Source: an uncultured bacterium
GTDB lineage: Bacteria > Babelota > Babeliae > Babelales > Vermiphilaceae
Length of the DNA stretch: 64,000 nucleotides
Reading direction: 5' to 3'
Assembly: GCA_963702025.1 (NCBI GenBank)
Contig: OY969699.1
Coordinates: 576,001 to 640,000 of the forward strand
Shown here one piece after another: positions 29,320-39,519 of this stretch. The first letter of the stretch is position 1. Every line of letters starts with the position of its first letter. The position numbers were made by a program, and so were the translations under genes. Under the pieces are notes generated by a model. That model saw nothing but the letters and a program-made list of their open reading frames with translations, did not search any database and was not told the DNA's origin.

Positions 29320-31641
29320 ATGAAAATTTCCCTTTCTTGGCTTTTTGATCATATTGATGCTGATTGGCGCACAATCGATGTTGCTCAGTTGGTACGTTTG
29401 TTTAACAAAACCACTGCCGAGATTGAAGGATTTAGCACGCTCAAACTGGATCTTAAAAAAGTAGCTGCAGCACAGATAAAAACAATGAATGATCGCGCCA
29501 TTGTGGTTGATGTTCCTGAATGGAAGCAGACTATCGATATGCCACTGCGAGAAGGAATTGTAAAAGATCATATTTATTTGATTGCCAAAGATGGTGACGT
29601 CTATTCATGGGCCAAACTTTCCCATTTAGGTTCAGAAAAAGAAGGTCTGGTGCCGGCGTTGCATATTGCCCAAAAAGAGCTTGCTGGCGATTGGAAAAAA
29701 TTGATTGATGAGCATGATGTGATTCTTCACCTTGATAATAAATCAGTTAACCATCGCCCGGATATGTGGGGCCATCGTGGAGTAGCGCGCGAGGTTGCTG
29801 CGATGCTCAATCTACCGTTCAAAGCGATTGATCATCTTTTGGTGCCCCGTGACATAAAAGAATATGAAAAAAAATCAACGTTGGGCACAGAGCAGACCTT
29901 TACGGTTGCCGTGGAAAATCCTGCATCATGCAGACGCTTTACGGGGTTATATATTGAAAAAATTGATGCGGTTGCCAGTGTGCCCTGGATGGCGGCGCGG
30001 CTTGCAAGGGTTGATAGCAGACCAATCAATGCAATTGTTGACAGCACCAATTATGTGATGCTTGATATTAGCCAACCGATGCATGCATTTGATGCGGGCC
30101 ACTTAGCTGATAAATCGATAGTGGTGCGCAACGCAAAAAATAAAGAAACTATTACGGTGCTTGATGGGCAAACATTAGAATTGAGCGCTGATGATTGCGT
30201 GATAACTGATGGTAAAAAACCGATCGCTTTAGCCGGTATTATGGGTGGCAAAGAAAGCGGCGTGAGTTTCACCACGAAATCAATTTTACTTGAATCGGCC
30301 AATTTTGATCCGGCAGTGATTCGTAAAGCGGCGCTCCGATTAAAAAAGAGAACCGATTCTTCAGCCCGTTTTGAAAAAGATCTTGATCCTCATCAAACTG
30401 TTATAGCTATCGAGCGATTCTTACAATTAATTACCGATGCAAAAATTCCCATGACTGTTCAAGATCAGATTATTGCTATCGGCAAAACTGTTATGCAAAA
30501 AAAAGTGACCGTTTCTCATGTTTACATTGAACAACAACTTGGCGTGAGCATGGACCCACAATTTGTGACTCAAACATTACAAAAATTAGAATTTGCCGTT
30601 GAAAATAAAAATGGTGCATATCAGATTGTAATTCCCTCATTGCGTGCCACAAAAGATATTGGCATCAAACAGGATATTGTGGAAGAGGTTGGCCGCTTTT
30701 ATGGGTATGACAATATCCCCGAGCAATTGCCCGCGCGCATTGCGGCGCCATTTGATTTGACCGCTTTTAATAGATCCCGCCGCATCAAAAGGCTTTTGGC
30801 TTCAGCATGGAGCATGCAAGAAGTGTATACGTATGCTTTTTTTGATGAATCATTTTTGCATTCTTTAGGTTGGCAGCCGAACGCAACACTCAAAGTGCAG
30901 GAGGCCGTTTCAGAAAATTGGCAGCGCTTGGTTACCACGCTTGTTCCCAATCTTTTGAAGGCGGTTCACTCTCACGCGAGTGAATTTGATACGATGAACT
31001 TTTTTGAGTGGGCAAAAATCTGGCCATTGGGCACACCGGCAAGTGAACAATCGAGTTTAGCAGGTATTTTTGTTAATCAAAAAAAACCGGTCGATTTTTA
31101 CGAGATAAAACAAAAAATGTGCGCCATAGCAAAGATGTTGGGTGTTCATTTTGACTGGGTTCAAGTGCCGCCGGCGGAATTGCAGCCCTGGTATTTGCCG
31201 TTTCAGACTGCCTATTTGATGTGCCAAGGAAACAAGATTGGCATAGCAGGAAAAGCAAACCCGGCGATGCTTTCTAAAATAGTAACCGGTGACGCATTTA
31301 TTTTTGAATTGGATGGTAATTTTCTGCTTACGCATCATAAAGAAATTAAAAAATATGTGCCGGCCTCAAAATATCCGGCTATTTCTCGTGATGTGAGCAT
31401 GCTGATTCCATTAAGCATTACGGTGAAAGAGCTGCGAGATGGATTACAAGCAATCGATACAAAAATTACCGGCATTGATTTAGTTGATTTTTTCCACAAA
31501 GCTGAATGGCAGGATCAAAAATCATTAACCTTTAGAATCACGATGGCGGATCACACTGCAACGATGACCACGGCGCAAGCTGATGCCATTATGCACAAAG
31601 TTGACGCGTTTTTAAAAGAGCATAAAGCGGTGATCCGATAA
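29320..31641 (+). CDS. pheT: phenylalanine--tRNA ligase beta subunit
   Basis: MKISLSWL, NHRPD, B3/4 domain (PMHAFD, ESANF, SSARFEK), B5 (DIVEEVGRFYGY), C-terminal KYPAISRD. Confidence 0.95.
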   Translation: MKISLSWLFDHIDADWRTIDVAQLVRLFNKTTAEIEGFSTLKLDLKKVAAAQIKTMNDRAIVVDVPEWKQTIDMPLREGIVKDHIYLIAKDGDVYSWAKLSHLGSEKEGLVPALHIAQKELAGDWKKLIDEHDVILHLDNKSVNHRPDMWGHRGVAREVAAMLNLPFKAIDHLLVPRDIKEYEKKSTLGTEQTFTVAVENPASCRRFTGLYIEKIDAVASVPWMAARLARVDSRPINAIVDSTNYVMLDISQPMHAFDAGHLADKSIVVRNAKNKETITVLDGQTLELSADDCVITDGKKPIALAGIMGGKESGVSFTTKSILLESANFDPAVIRKAALRLKKRTDSSARFEKDLDPHQTVIAIERFLQLITDAKIPMTVQDQIIAIGKTVMQKKVTVSHVYIEQQLGVSMDPQFVTQTLQKLEFAVENKNGAYQIVIPSLRATKDIGIKQDIVEEVGRFYGYDNIPEQLPARIAAPFDLTAFNRSRRIKRLLASAWSMQEVYTYAFFDESFLHSLGWQPNATLKVQEAVSENWQRLVTTLVPNLLKAVHSHASEFDTMNFFEWAKIWPLGTPASEQSSLAGIFVNQKKPVDFYEIKQKMCAIAKMLGVHFDWVQVPPAELQPWYLPFQTAYLMCQGNKIGIAGKANPAMLSKIVTGDAFIFELDGNFLLTHHKEIKKYVPASKYPAISRDVSMLIPLSITVKELRDGLQAIDTKITGIDLVDFFHKAEWQDQKSLTFRITMADHTATMTTAQADAIMHKVDAFLKEHKAVIR

Positions 31642-32105
31642 TGGACAAAAAAAAGCTATTCTATTTCTCTTTGGTTGGTATAGGTATAGCAATTATAGTC
31701 ATTGATAGAATCACCAAATCCTGGGCATTAGGATTAACAAAGCAAGAATTCCTGAATCCTTATATTTCATTCGGCCTCACTTTTAATCGCGGTATTAATT
31801 GGGGATTTTTTAGCGCGGAAAATAGTCTGCAATATGTTATCATTAATGGATTGATCGCGCTGGTGATTGTCGGCATGGTTTATTACACGTATCTTTGCTG
31901 GCGCCAACAGCAATCAATAGTGCCCAATGTGTTGGTGCTTGCCGGTGCCGTTTCAAATTATTACGATCGCATTACGCACGGCGGGGTGATAGATTTTATA
32001 ATACTCTCTTATCAGCAGTGGAGTTGGCCAGCTTTTAATGTTGCTGATGTGGCTATTGTAACGGGCATTGGATTATTGTTGCTGGCAGCCATTAGGAACA
32101 GATAA
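31641..32105 (+). CDS. lspA: lipoprotein signal peptidase II
   Basis: DRITK, NRGINWG, SNYYDR, VIDFI, WPAFNVAD. Confidence 0.95.
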   Translation: MDKKKLFYFSLVGIGIAIIVIDRITKSWALGLTKQEFLNPYISFGLTFNRGINWGFFSAENSLQYVIINGLIALVIVGMVYYTYLCWRQQQSIVPNVLVLAGAVSNYYDRITHGGVIDFIILSYQQWSWPAFNVADVAIVTGIGLLLLAAIRNR

Positions 32106-32795
32106 ATGCATCAAGAGTTTGCGCAGCGGGTTACCAAAAAAATATCACAGTTATATACCGGCGTTATCGATCACATTATTGCGCCGCCATTTTGCGCGTC
32201 ATGCAAAAAATTTTTAACGCAGCGGATGATCTTTTGTTTGGAATGCCACGATTCAATTCAACCGATTGTCTCGGTGCAGCTGCAAGTTACCAAACTGCAT
32301 GCCATAACAGTGATGGCGATTGCCGATTATCAAGAACCGCTTAAATCATTAATCTTGGCAAAAGCGTGGCACGACATTATTGCCGCCGATCAGCTTGGAC
32401 AATTGATTTGGGATATGACCTGTTTTAAACATATGCCGTGCGATTATCTGGTACCTATTCCCCTGCACTGGATGCGGAGCATAAAACGGGGATACAACCA
32501 AGCAGAAGAGATTGCCCGGGTATTGGCGCACAAGAAAAATGCGCAGGTTACGCCCATACTTGCACGCGTAAAAAATACACCATTTCAATCATCGCTTGCC
32601 TTTGATAAACGTTTGGGCAACGTGAAGGATGCTTTTGTTTTAAAAAATGCCGATCGTGAAAAATATCAGAATAAACATATTGTTCTCGTTGATGATCTTA
32701 TGACCACCGGCTCAACATTGGCTTCCGCGACAAAAATACTCCTACCATTAAAACCGGCATCAATTACTGCTGTGGTTGCGTGTCGGGTTTGTTGA
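32106..32795 (+). CDS. comF: ComF family phosphoribosyltransferase-like protein
   Basis: CASC..CLEC, PIPLH, RGYNQAE, LVDDLMTTGST. Confidence 0.9.
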   Translation: MHQEFAQRVTKKISQLYTGVIDHIIAPPFCASCKKFLTQRMIFCLECHDSIQPIVSVQLQVTKLHAITVMAIADYQEPLKSLILAKAWHDIIAADQLGQLIWDMTCFKHMPCDYLVPIPLHWMRSIKRGYNQAEEIARVLAHKKNAQVTPILARVKNTPFQSSLAFDKRLGNVKDAFVLKNADREKYQNKHIVLVDDLMTTGSTLASATKILLPLKPASITAVVACRVC

Positions 32796-34221
32796 TTACG
32801 TTATTTACTAACTTCTCATAATTTTCTTGCGGCGAATTTTTTTCATAGCCGAGTTCTTTATTAATCATTGGATTTTGAGTGGGATCATTTTGCTTAATGG
32901 GTTTTGGTGGGATTGCCGGCAATGGTTTTAAAGCTGGTGTTTCGGTAGGTTTTAAAAGGTTTGAAACAAAAGAATTCTCTTCTTTTTCTTTTTTCTCTGA
33001 TTCGGCTTTTGCTGCGAAGCGTTGAGTGATTTCATCTTCTATTTTTTTACGAAGTGCATCTTCCTTTGCTTTTTCCTCAGCAAGTTTTTTTACGAGTTCT
33101 GCTGCGCGCTGCTCAATTTCTTCATCCATTTTCTTCTTATTTTCAACTTCGTTTTTTAACTTTTGCTCTTCGGCAAGCTTCCTTTGATTTTCTTCTTGGA
33201 TTCTTTGTTCTTCATGAGTCTTTGGATCATTGGGTAAATTGTTAATCTGATTAGCTTTGGAGAAGGCGAGAAAACCACTTGCCAATGAATCGGTAACTTC
33301 TGAGAAAATACCAACAGGGATTGTGGAGTTAGGAGTTTGGATTTTAGGTCTGCTTAGCTTCATAACCTGTTGAGGGTTATTTTTTATTAAATAAATATAT
33401 AGATTCCTGAGTAAAATATTTTCTCGATCAGTTACTTTTTTAACAAGCCAACGATGCCATTCTTTTTCAGGATCTAAAATCAGTTCTGGATCTGTATTAT
33501 GCTTGGGATGCATAGGATTAAAATAAAGCATTCCGGTACATAAATCGCGCGAGTCAGAACTAGTTAAATGATCAATAGGGAAAACATAGTGTTTACTTAG
33601 ATAATGTATTCCTTCCTTAAGAATTTCTAGAGGATTCCACCAATTATACTGTTTAAGAGCTAATGCTTTTAAATCTGCTACGCTTACTTCAAGCTTTGAC
33701 TGGTTATCTTTGATTTCTGATAATAACGATGCTGATTTATCTTTAGAAAGATTTTCATCAAACGCTTCATAATCTTCAAGATGTCTTTTATGAGTGTTAC
33801 GTTTCCAGTTTAATAATCCCAATAAAATTGCATCATCGCATTCTGAAAAAAGTTTTGGTATTTCATTTTTCGCTTTCAACATGGCGCGTAAATCAGGATG
33901 ATCAGGATTTTTTGATTCGACGATTTTATATAAGATGCTACGACTTGTTATCATGCGTGGTATAATTTTTTTTATAACTTTTTTAGAACGATCATCAAGG
34001 CAGAGTGGGTTTGTTTTAGAATGTGTGGAATTATAACTCAGGGCATCATGATAAACTTTTATGGCCTTATTATTTGTTGCATAGCCAACTTGATCAATAT
34101 GTTTATTCAGTTTATTTATTAATGCTGAGAGCAATGTATTCTCGTCCGGATCTTCCATTGATAAAGATACGCTTGGAATAGTGATTGTGAATAGGCAAAA
34201 TAATATTTTGTGAACACGCAT
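32764..34221 (-). CDS. hypothetical secreted coiled-coil protein with Pro-rich motif
   Basis: Signal ends SLS-MED; E/K coiled coil; PALKPLPAIPPKP. Confidence 0.75.
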   Translation of the reverse strand: MRVHKILFCLFTITIPSVSLSMEDPDENTLLSALINKLNKHIDQVGYATNNKAIKVYHDALSYNSTHSKTNPLCLDDRSKKVIKKIIPRMITSRSILYKIVESKNPDHPDLRAMLKAKNEIPKLFSECDDAILLGLLNWKRNTHKRHLEDYEAFDENLSKDKSASLLSEIKDNQSKLEVSVADLKALALKQYNWWNPLEILKEGIHYLSKHYVFPIDHLTSSDSRDLCTGMLYFNPMHPKHNTDPELILDPEKEWHRWLVKKVTDRENILLRNLYIYLIKNNPQQVMKLSRPKIQTPNSTIPVGIFSEVTDSLASGFLAFSKANQINNLPNDPKTHEEQRIQEENQRKLAEEQKLKNEVENKKKMDEEIEQRAAELVKKLAEEKAKEDALRKKIEDEITQRFAAKAESEKKEKEENSFVSNLLKPTETPALKPLPAIPPKPIKQNDPTQNPMINKELGYEKNSPQENYEKLVNNVINKPDTQPQQ

Positions 34222-34414
34222 GGATTTCCTTTTCTCTAAATGCTCTAACTTTGTTTGTCCAGTAGTCTAAGCAACTGTTTTGACTAAATCAAATTTTTTC
34301 TTAAGAATTCGTTTCTCTATGCTAACTGGCTTGATAGGCTGCGCATTTTCGGGTATATCTAAGGTAACGGTTCTTAATTGTTCAACTTTATTTCTGCATA
34401 GAAGGATTAATGCT

Positions 34415-35443
34415 ATGAAGACATTTTCATCCAAAATTGGTGCGCTCGCAATGGTTGGTTCACTTGCTTTTTTACCAAGTTGCCAATGGTTAAAAGATAA
34501 ACTTGGAATTACTAATCAACAAACAACCATCATGGCAGATCAAGAGGCCGGCTCCGGTGAAAAAGCGCTTGCATCGGCAGGGGGCAAAACATTAATTACA
34601 GTCCCTGAGTTTCAAAAACAATTTAAAAATCTTATTGAAACACATCCGTATGGTGACATGCTTGCTCAGATGGAAGGTTTAGAAAGAAAGTTCCTTGAAG
34701 GTTTAGTAAGTCAAAAATTAATGACTCGCTATGTTATAGAAAAAGGCATTAGAGATACTGAAGAATACAAAAAACAACTTGAGCAAATGACGCAAATGCT
34801 TGATATGCGTTTCTATCAAATGCAACATCAACCAAAAGTTACCGAATCAGAAATGAGAGCATTCTTTGATCAAAATAAAGAAAATATACCGGAAGCGGCA
34901 GTTTCTCGCGGCGGCGTTCCGGTCACGGCAGTTTCATTTAGCACAGAAGCTGATGCAAAAGCATTCTTAGAAAAAGCAAAAGGTAAGGGTGCCCAGATGG
35001 AGCAAGTGGCAAAAGATGAAAAACTCGCCGATAAGTTCCGTGATTTCAAAGTGGTTAATGCAAACAGCATTGGTATCGATCCGGTGTTGCGTGATAAAGT
35101 GGTTACGTTTAAAAAACTTCCAACTCTTGAACTGGTAAAAGTAAATGATAACAGCTACTTTGTTGTCTATGCCGGCCCTAAAGAAGAGGCAAAATATCGT
35201 AGCTTTGATGAGCTGAAGGGTTCAATAGAGCAACGCTTGACGGCTAAAAAACAAGAAGAAGAGCTTGAAAAAGCAGTTGAAAAGCTCAAAAAAGATTACG
35301 ATGTGGTGATTGATGAAGAGTATTTTGCCAAAAAAGACGGTAAAGCTGGGCAAGAAGAGATTGGTGAAGAACAATTAGAAATGGTAATGCCTGAAGCGCC
35401 GGCGCAAGAAGCCCACGCAAAACCAACAGCACGTGCTGCCTAG
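34415..35443 (+). CDS. PrsA/PpiC-like foldase lipoprotein
   Basis: Lipobox FLPSC; ITVPEF, VTESEMRAFFDQNK and RSFDELKGSIE pattern of SurA-N/PpiC proteins. Confidence 0.75.
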   Translation: MKTFSSKIGALAMVGSLAFLPSCQWLKDKLGITNQQTTIMADQEAGSGEKALASAGGKTLITVPEFQKQFKNLIETHPYGDMLAQMEGLERKFLEGLVSQKLMTRYVIEKGIRDTEEYKKQLEQMTQMLDMRFYQMQHQPKVTESEMRAFFDQNKENIPEAAVSRGGVPVTAVSFSTEADAKAFLEKAKGKGAQMEQVAKDEKLADKFRDFKVVNANSIGIDPVLRDKVVTFKKLPTLELVKVNDNSYFVVYAGPKEEAKYRSFDELKGSIEQRLTAKKQEEELEKAVEKLKKDYDVVIDEEYFAKKDGKAGQEEIGEEQLEMVMPEAPAQEAHAKPTARAA

Positions 35444-35472
35444 TATTTACACTAATAATTTTGTTATACTTA

Positions 35473-35496
35473 AAGGGGAACCATGAGGTTCCCCTT
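35473..35496 (+). terminator. hairpin, possible terminator
   Basis: aaggggaacc-atga-ggttcccctt. Confidence 0.5.
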
Positions 35497-35516
35497 ATTC
35501 ATTACTAGGAATTATC

Positions 35517-36416
35517 ATGAATACCATTAAATCAGCCGCTTTTTTCCTTTTTTTTCCCTTTTTGCTCATTGCTACTGGACCGCAAGATGTTAAGCCTAAA
35601 AAGCTCATTTTTTTGGATGGGATTGAAGTGGTGTTTCGTGGGTCGGAAGGCAACGTTGATTTGATTACTCATACGGAATTGCTGCGTATGGAACTGGATG
35701 GTTCTCGGCCGAATTTGGAAAAAAAGATTGCCGATTTAGCGTTTGCCCAAGAAGCCAAAAAATGGCGTTTATGGCCAAGCCCCGAAGAAATTGATAAACA
35801 AGTGCAGATGTTGGCAGAATCAAATAAGAAAACACCAGCTGAGTTTGATGATCTTTTGATGACGATAGGGTTCACTCCGCAAGAAGGCAGGATGGCTTTT
35901 GCCCAGCTAAATGCAGTTAATTCATTGATAAATTTCAAAGTTACGGCAAATCTTATTGTTCCTGAATCCCAAGTTATTGCCTACTATAATGATCACCCTG
36001 AAGTTGAGTTGGCCTCCTATTATGTCCAATATGTTTTTGTGCCATTTGCCCAAACCAAAACGCCGGATGAGCAGTTAAAAGCCCTTGAGCTTCTTGCCAA
36101 ATCAGGCGATCGCAATGATTCTCTTTCATGGGAAGATCCGTTTTGGATTAAAGAGGATCAGCTTGCGCAAGACAAACAATTTATCACGCAACTTGCCGTG
36201 GGCCAGATAAGTGAGCCCGTTAAAGTTTCGACCGGTTTTGAACTGTTTCGTCTAATGAATAAAAAAGAAGAGCGTCTTAAATCTCTTGATGAGCGTTACG
36301 GCGAAATTGCAACAATTTTGCGTAAGCCTAAATATTCCGAGCTGATGTCCAGTTTTCAAAAAGAACTATTGGATAACGCCTCAATTATCTATTTTGACCT
36401 TTCAAAATATCAATAG
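35517..36416 (+). CDS. SurA-like periplasmic chaperone/PPIase
   Basis: Signal peptide; SPEEIDKQV, VPESQVIAYY and LAVGQISEPVKVSTGFELF (parvulin C-terminal motif). Confidence 0.72.
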   Translation: MNTIKSAAFFLFFPFLLIATGPQDVKPKKLIFLDGIEVVFRGSEGNVDLITHTELLRMELDGSRPNLEKKIADLAFAQEAKKWRLWPSPEEIDKQVQMLAESNKKTPAEFDDLLMTIGFTPQEGRMAFAQLNAVNSLINFKVTANLIVPESQVIAYYNDHPEVELASYYVQYVFVPFAQTKTPDEQLKALELLAKSGDRNDSLSWEDPFWIKEDQLAQDKQFITQLAVGQISEPVKVSTGFELFRLMNKKEERLKSLDERYGEIATILRKPKYSELMSSFQKELLDNASIIYFDLSKYQ

Positions 36417-36620
36417 GGCATATAACGGCTTACTCAGCCTTAAATTTCTACCGTTTTTGAGCAACTTAAAGTGCCGTAAAAAGCCGTGAAATCAACGGTT
36501 TTTGCCCGCGCCGTGATATTTCTTTTTGAAAATATTGATTTTCAATTAGTAATTTTGTTATGGTGGAATTAGTAGGTATATGTTTAACCTTTCGTTCCGT
36601 CCTTAACTAAGGAGATTAGT

Positions 36621-36752
36621 ATGAAGAAAAGAACGACACGTAAAAAGGTAGCCGCTAAAAGAGGCCGCCGCAAATTCAGCCAAAAGCGTAATAAGCTTGG
36701 CCAATTTGCTTCCACAAAAAAACGTGGTAAATCAGCAAAACGTAGACGTTAA
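36621..36752 (+). CDS. 43-aa protamine/histone-like basic peptide
   Basis: Below the ORF-track cutoff. AAGGAG RBS; MKKRTTRKKVAAKRGRRKFSQKRNKLGQFASTKKRGKSAKRRR; followed by a strong hairpin. Confidence 0.8.
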   Translation: MKKRTTRKKVAAKRGRRKFSQKRNKLGQFASTKKRGKSAKRRR

Positions 36753-36779
36753 TTTAACGCTCTATGTTTTGGTAGATTA

Positions 36780-36818
36780 ATTGATATCTAGGGTCAGTGT
36801 TTGGCCCTAGATATCAAT
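36780..36818 (+). terminator. long hairpin after the basic peptide gene
   Basis: attgatatctaggg...ccctagatatcaat, 14-bp perfect stem. Confidence 0.65.
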
Positions 36819-36869
36819 AGTATTGTGATTAAAAGAGTATTAACCAGTAATTGCTGAAAGTTTAATGGT

Positions 36870-37229
36870 ATGAGAATTACACTCAATAAAAAGGCATTCG
36901 AATTTGCCAAAAAAATGATTCATGAACATAAATTTTCTGATAAGCATGGCCGGGCAGATCAAAAACATGCTCTTCCTACAACTGGTCAAGAGGAAGAATA
37001 TTTAAAGACTCATTCGTGGGAAGATTTTGGCCATTGGTATTTAGGTGCTTATGCCGATCGGCCCGAAAACAAACGGGAGCGCTATGATTTTCCTATGGGT
37101 GATTTTTCACTGATCCATCGCTCCGATTTACTGCATATCAAAAAAAAGGCTCATGAATACAATTATGATGATATAGCCGATGCGGCACAGCAATTAGTTG
37201 ATTTGATTGATAAAAAGACTGCGCACTAA
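36870..37229 (+). CDS. conserved hypothetical protein
   Basis: W(Y/H)LG...RY.FP.GDF..IHR motif that I recall from a widespread bacterial family of unknown function. Confidence 0.75.
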   Translation: MRITLNKKAFEFAKKMIHEHKFSDKHGRADQKHALPTTGQEEEYLKTHSWEDFGHWYLGAYADRPENKRERYDFPMGDFSLIHRSDLLHIKKKAHEYNYDDIADAAQQLVDLIDKKTAH

Positions 37230-37243
37230 AAAAGGAGAAGAGT

Positions 37244-37405
37244 ATGCCTCGCCGTGCAAGTATTAATAAAAGAAAAGGACGAATGTCCAAAAAACATAAC
37301 CGGCATGCGCGCAAAGCAACAAAAAAGGGCCTTGAAAAAGAAAATATGCCGATATTTATAATCACCTTAGAAGAATCACCACGAACCACCAAAAAGAAAA
37401 AGTAA
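37244..37405 (+). CDS. 53-aa basic peptide
   Basis: Below the ORF-track cutoff. AAGGAG RBS; MPRRASINKRKGRMSKKHNRHARKATKKGLEKENMPIFIITLEESPRTTKKKK. Confidence 0.72.
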   Translation: MPRRASINKRKGRMSKKHNRHARKATKKGLEKENMPIFIITLEESPRTTKKKK

Positions 37406-37415
37406 AGCAGAATTG

Positions 37416-37503
37416 ACTCATGGTGAGTGGCCCGGAGGGCCGTATCGAACCATGTTCAAATATCCTTCGATACGAAATCTTTCGATTTCTACTCAGGATG
37501 TGT
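37416..37503. repeat. palindromic repeat family A (copy 3)
   Basis: catggtgag-[ggcccggagggcc]-gtatcgaaccat...tccttcgatac-[gaaatctttcgatttc]-tactcaggatg; close paralog of 62687..62770. Confidence 0.88.
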
Positions 37504-37553
37504 AACTATTCTATTAAATACATTTTTTTGTTTATTTGAGAAAGGTACTCAAG

Positions 37554-37946
37554 ATGATGACATATTGTGTTGTATTGGCAGGAATCGGTTTCGGAATTTC
37601 ATTATATATGTATTTGCTCGAGCAAAAAGTTAAAAATGAGCCCACCTATAAACCGGTCTGTGATATTGATGATCGTATTTCATGTACTAAGGCAATGAAA
37701 AGTAAATATGCCAATATCTTCTATTTTTCTAATGCATTAACCGGTATGGGGTACTATCTAGTGGTAGGGATTTTAGCACTATTTAGTGCCAGCCATTTAC
37801 TGTTAATTGCAACCATAGCTGGATGCATTTGCTCAGCTGTTCTAGCTTATTTTCTTATTTTTAAAGTTAAATCGCTCTGCATTTTGTGTACCACGTTATA
37901 TATAGTAAATATTTTACTTCTGATTTTTGCCATAATGATGCGATAG
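37554..37946 (+). CDS. vitamin K epoxide reductase (VKOR) family protein
   Basis: Loop cysteines CDIDDRISC, active-site CILC, 4 TM segments. Confidence 0.88.
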   Translation: MMTYCVVLAGIGFGISLYMYLLEQKVKNEPTYKPVCDIDDRISCTKAMKSKYANIFYFSNALTGMGYYLVVGILALFSASHLLLIATIAGCICSAVLAYFLIFKVKSLCILCTTLYIVNILLLIFAIMMR

Positions 37947-38122
37947 GAACTTCTTTTATTTTTTTTAATTTTCTTAAAAAAAGATTATCTGGTACACCTC
38001 TTTCGGAGATCTCTTTCTTATTATATTCGATGAATGCTATATGTTTTTTAGACACGTTTTAGAAATATAATCGTGTCGGAACGCCAATGGTGCTGGTTGT
38101 CATTATAATAAGGGGGATACCA

Positions 38123-39427
38123 ATGACAGAAAGAGCCGTGCGCAATAATTCACTCGAATTTTTATGGGGAACAGCAATCAGTGAATATCAGGTATCGGGA
38201 GCCGTAGGGTGTCCTCACAGTAACTGGGCCGATTGGGAAATCTTACAACATATCAGTGATGGCCCGCAGGGTGCCGGTGGCCAATTTTCTGGTAGTGCCT
38301 GTGATTTTAAAAGCCGGTATCATGAATATATTGCTGTAATGAAAGAGTTAGGCACCAATGCATTTAGATTTTCTGTTGAATGGAGCAATGTTGAGCCACA
38401 AGAGGGAGTCTTTTGCGCAAAAGAACTTAATTATTATAGTGATTTTTGTGATGCATTAATTAATGCTGGTATTACCCCAATGATTACCTTGCATCATTTT
38501 ACCGATCCGCGGTGGTTTACCAAAAAAGGTGGTTTTGAAAAAGAAGAAAATATTCCCTACTTTGTGCGTTTCTCACAAAAAGTGTTTGAAAAGTTGGCAC
38601 ACAAAGTACATTTCTGGACAACTATAAATGAACCGAATATTTATATGTTCCAGGGATATTTACGCGGTGTTTTTCCTCCGGGCAAAAATAATCCATTTTT
38701 AGCGGTTAAAGTTATTAGAAATCTTTTGGAAGCCCATACCAACACATACAAAATTCTGAAAAATATGGCTTATGGTGTACAAGCACGTATTGGGATGGTG
38801 CACCAATATCTTATGTTTTATCCCTATACCTCTTGGAATTTAGTAGAGCGTATACCGGGTTTTATGTTTAATCATATTTTGAATGCCGCAATACTTAATT
38901 TTTTTAAAACGGGTGTATTCAAAATTAAAATTCCTTTTTTGATGAATTATGAATTTGCTGCGATAGAAGAGCAGCCATTAATCGATTTTGTTGGTTTGAA
39001 TTATTATTCTCGTGTGCTGGTAAAAGCGCAAATGAGTATAAAAAATCCTTTTGTTCCCTCCTGTTATCCAGGGGAAATTATGACCGACATGCCCTATGCA
39101 ATTTATCCTCAAGGTCTATATGATGCCATTGTGGAATTATCCGAACTCAATGTGCCCATTTACATTACTGAAAATGGAATACCTGATGAGAAAGATGATC
39201 GGCGGGAGAAATTTATAAAAGAGTATATCGCTGAAGTTCAGCGAGCTCTCAACCAAGGGTATGATGTGCGCGGTTATTTTTACTGGTCATTGATGGATAA
39301 TTTTGAATGGGATCTGGGTTATCTGAAAAAATTTGGACTGTGTCATGTCGATTTCGTCACAAAAAAAATAACTGTTCGCTCTGGTGCACGCCATTATGCA
39401 GAAATAATAAAAAAAAGCATCGCCTGA
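38123..39427 (+). CDS. glycoside hydrolase family 1 (beta-glucosidase-like)
   Basis: FLWGTA, FRFSVEWS, TLHHF, TINEP (acid/base), ITENG (nucleophile), WSLMDNFEW. Confidence 0.95.
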   Translation: MTERAVRNNSLEFLWGTAISEYQVSGAVGCPHSNWADWEILQHISDGPQGAGGQFSGSACDFKSRYHEYIAVMKELGTNAFRFSVEWSNVEPQEGVFCAKELNYYSDFCDALINAGITPMITLHHFTDPRWFTKKGGFEKEENIPYFVRFSQKVFEKLAHKVHFWTTINEPNIYMFQGYLRGVFPPGKNNPFLAVKVIRNLLEAHTNTYKILKNMAYGVQARIGMVHQYLMFYPYTSWNLVERIPGFMFNHILNAAILNFFKTGVFKIKIPFLMNYEFAAIEEQPLIDFVGLNYYSRVLVKAQMSIKNPFVPSCYPGEIMTDMPYAIYPQGLYDAIVELSELNVPIYITENGIPDEKDDRREKFIKEYIAEVQRALNQGYDVRGYFYWSLMDNFEWDLGYLKKFGLCHVDFVTKKITVRSGARHYAEIIKKSIA

Positions 39428-39495
39428 TTTTCTTTTTATTCGATAATCTTTTTTATTAGTCTTGATGAGTGGTATATTTTTTACCGTACTAAAAA
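39426..39495 (+). promoter_or_regulatory. duplicated upstream/promoter block (copy 1)
   Basis: About 70 nt nearly identical to 41341..41408, including gatgagtggtatattt (extended -10-like). Confidence 0.65.
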
Positions 39496-39519
39496 AATTA
39501 GTTGAAAGTAAGGCAAAGC

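Noticed and set aside
37138..37633. ORFs 37138..37392 (-) and 37427..37633 (+)
   Set aside because: The first is antisense to the RBS-supported basic peptide; the second starts inside a repeat and overlaps VKOR out of frame.
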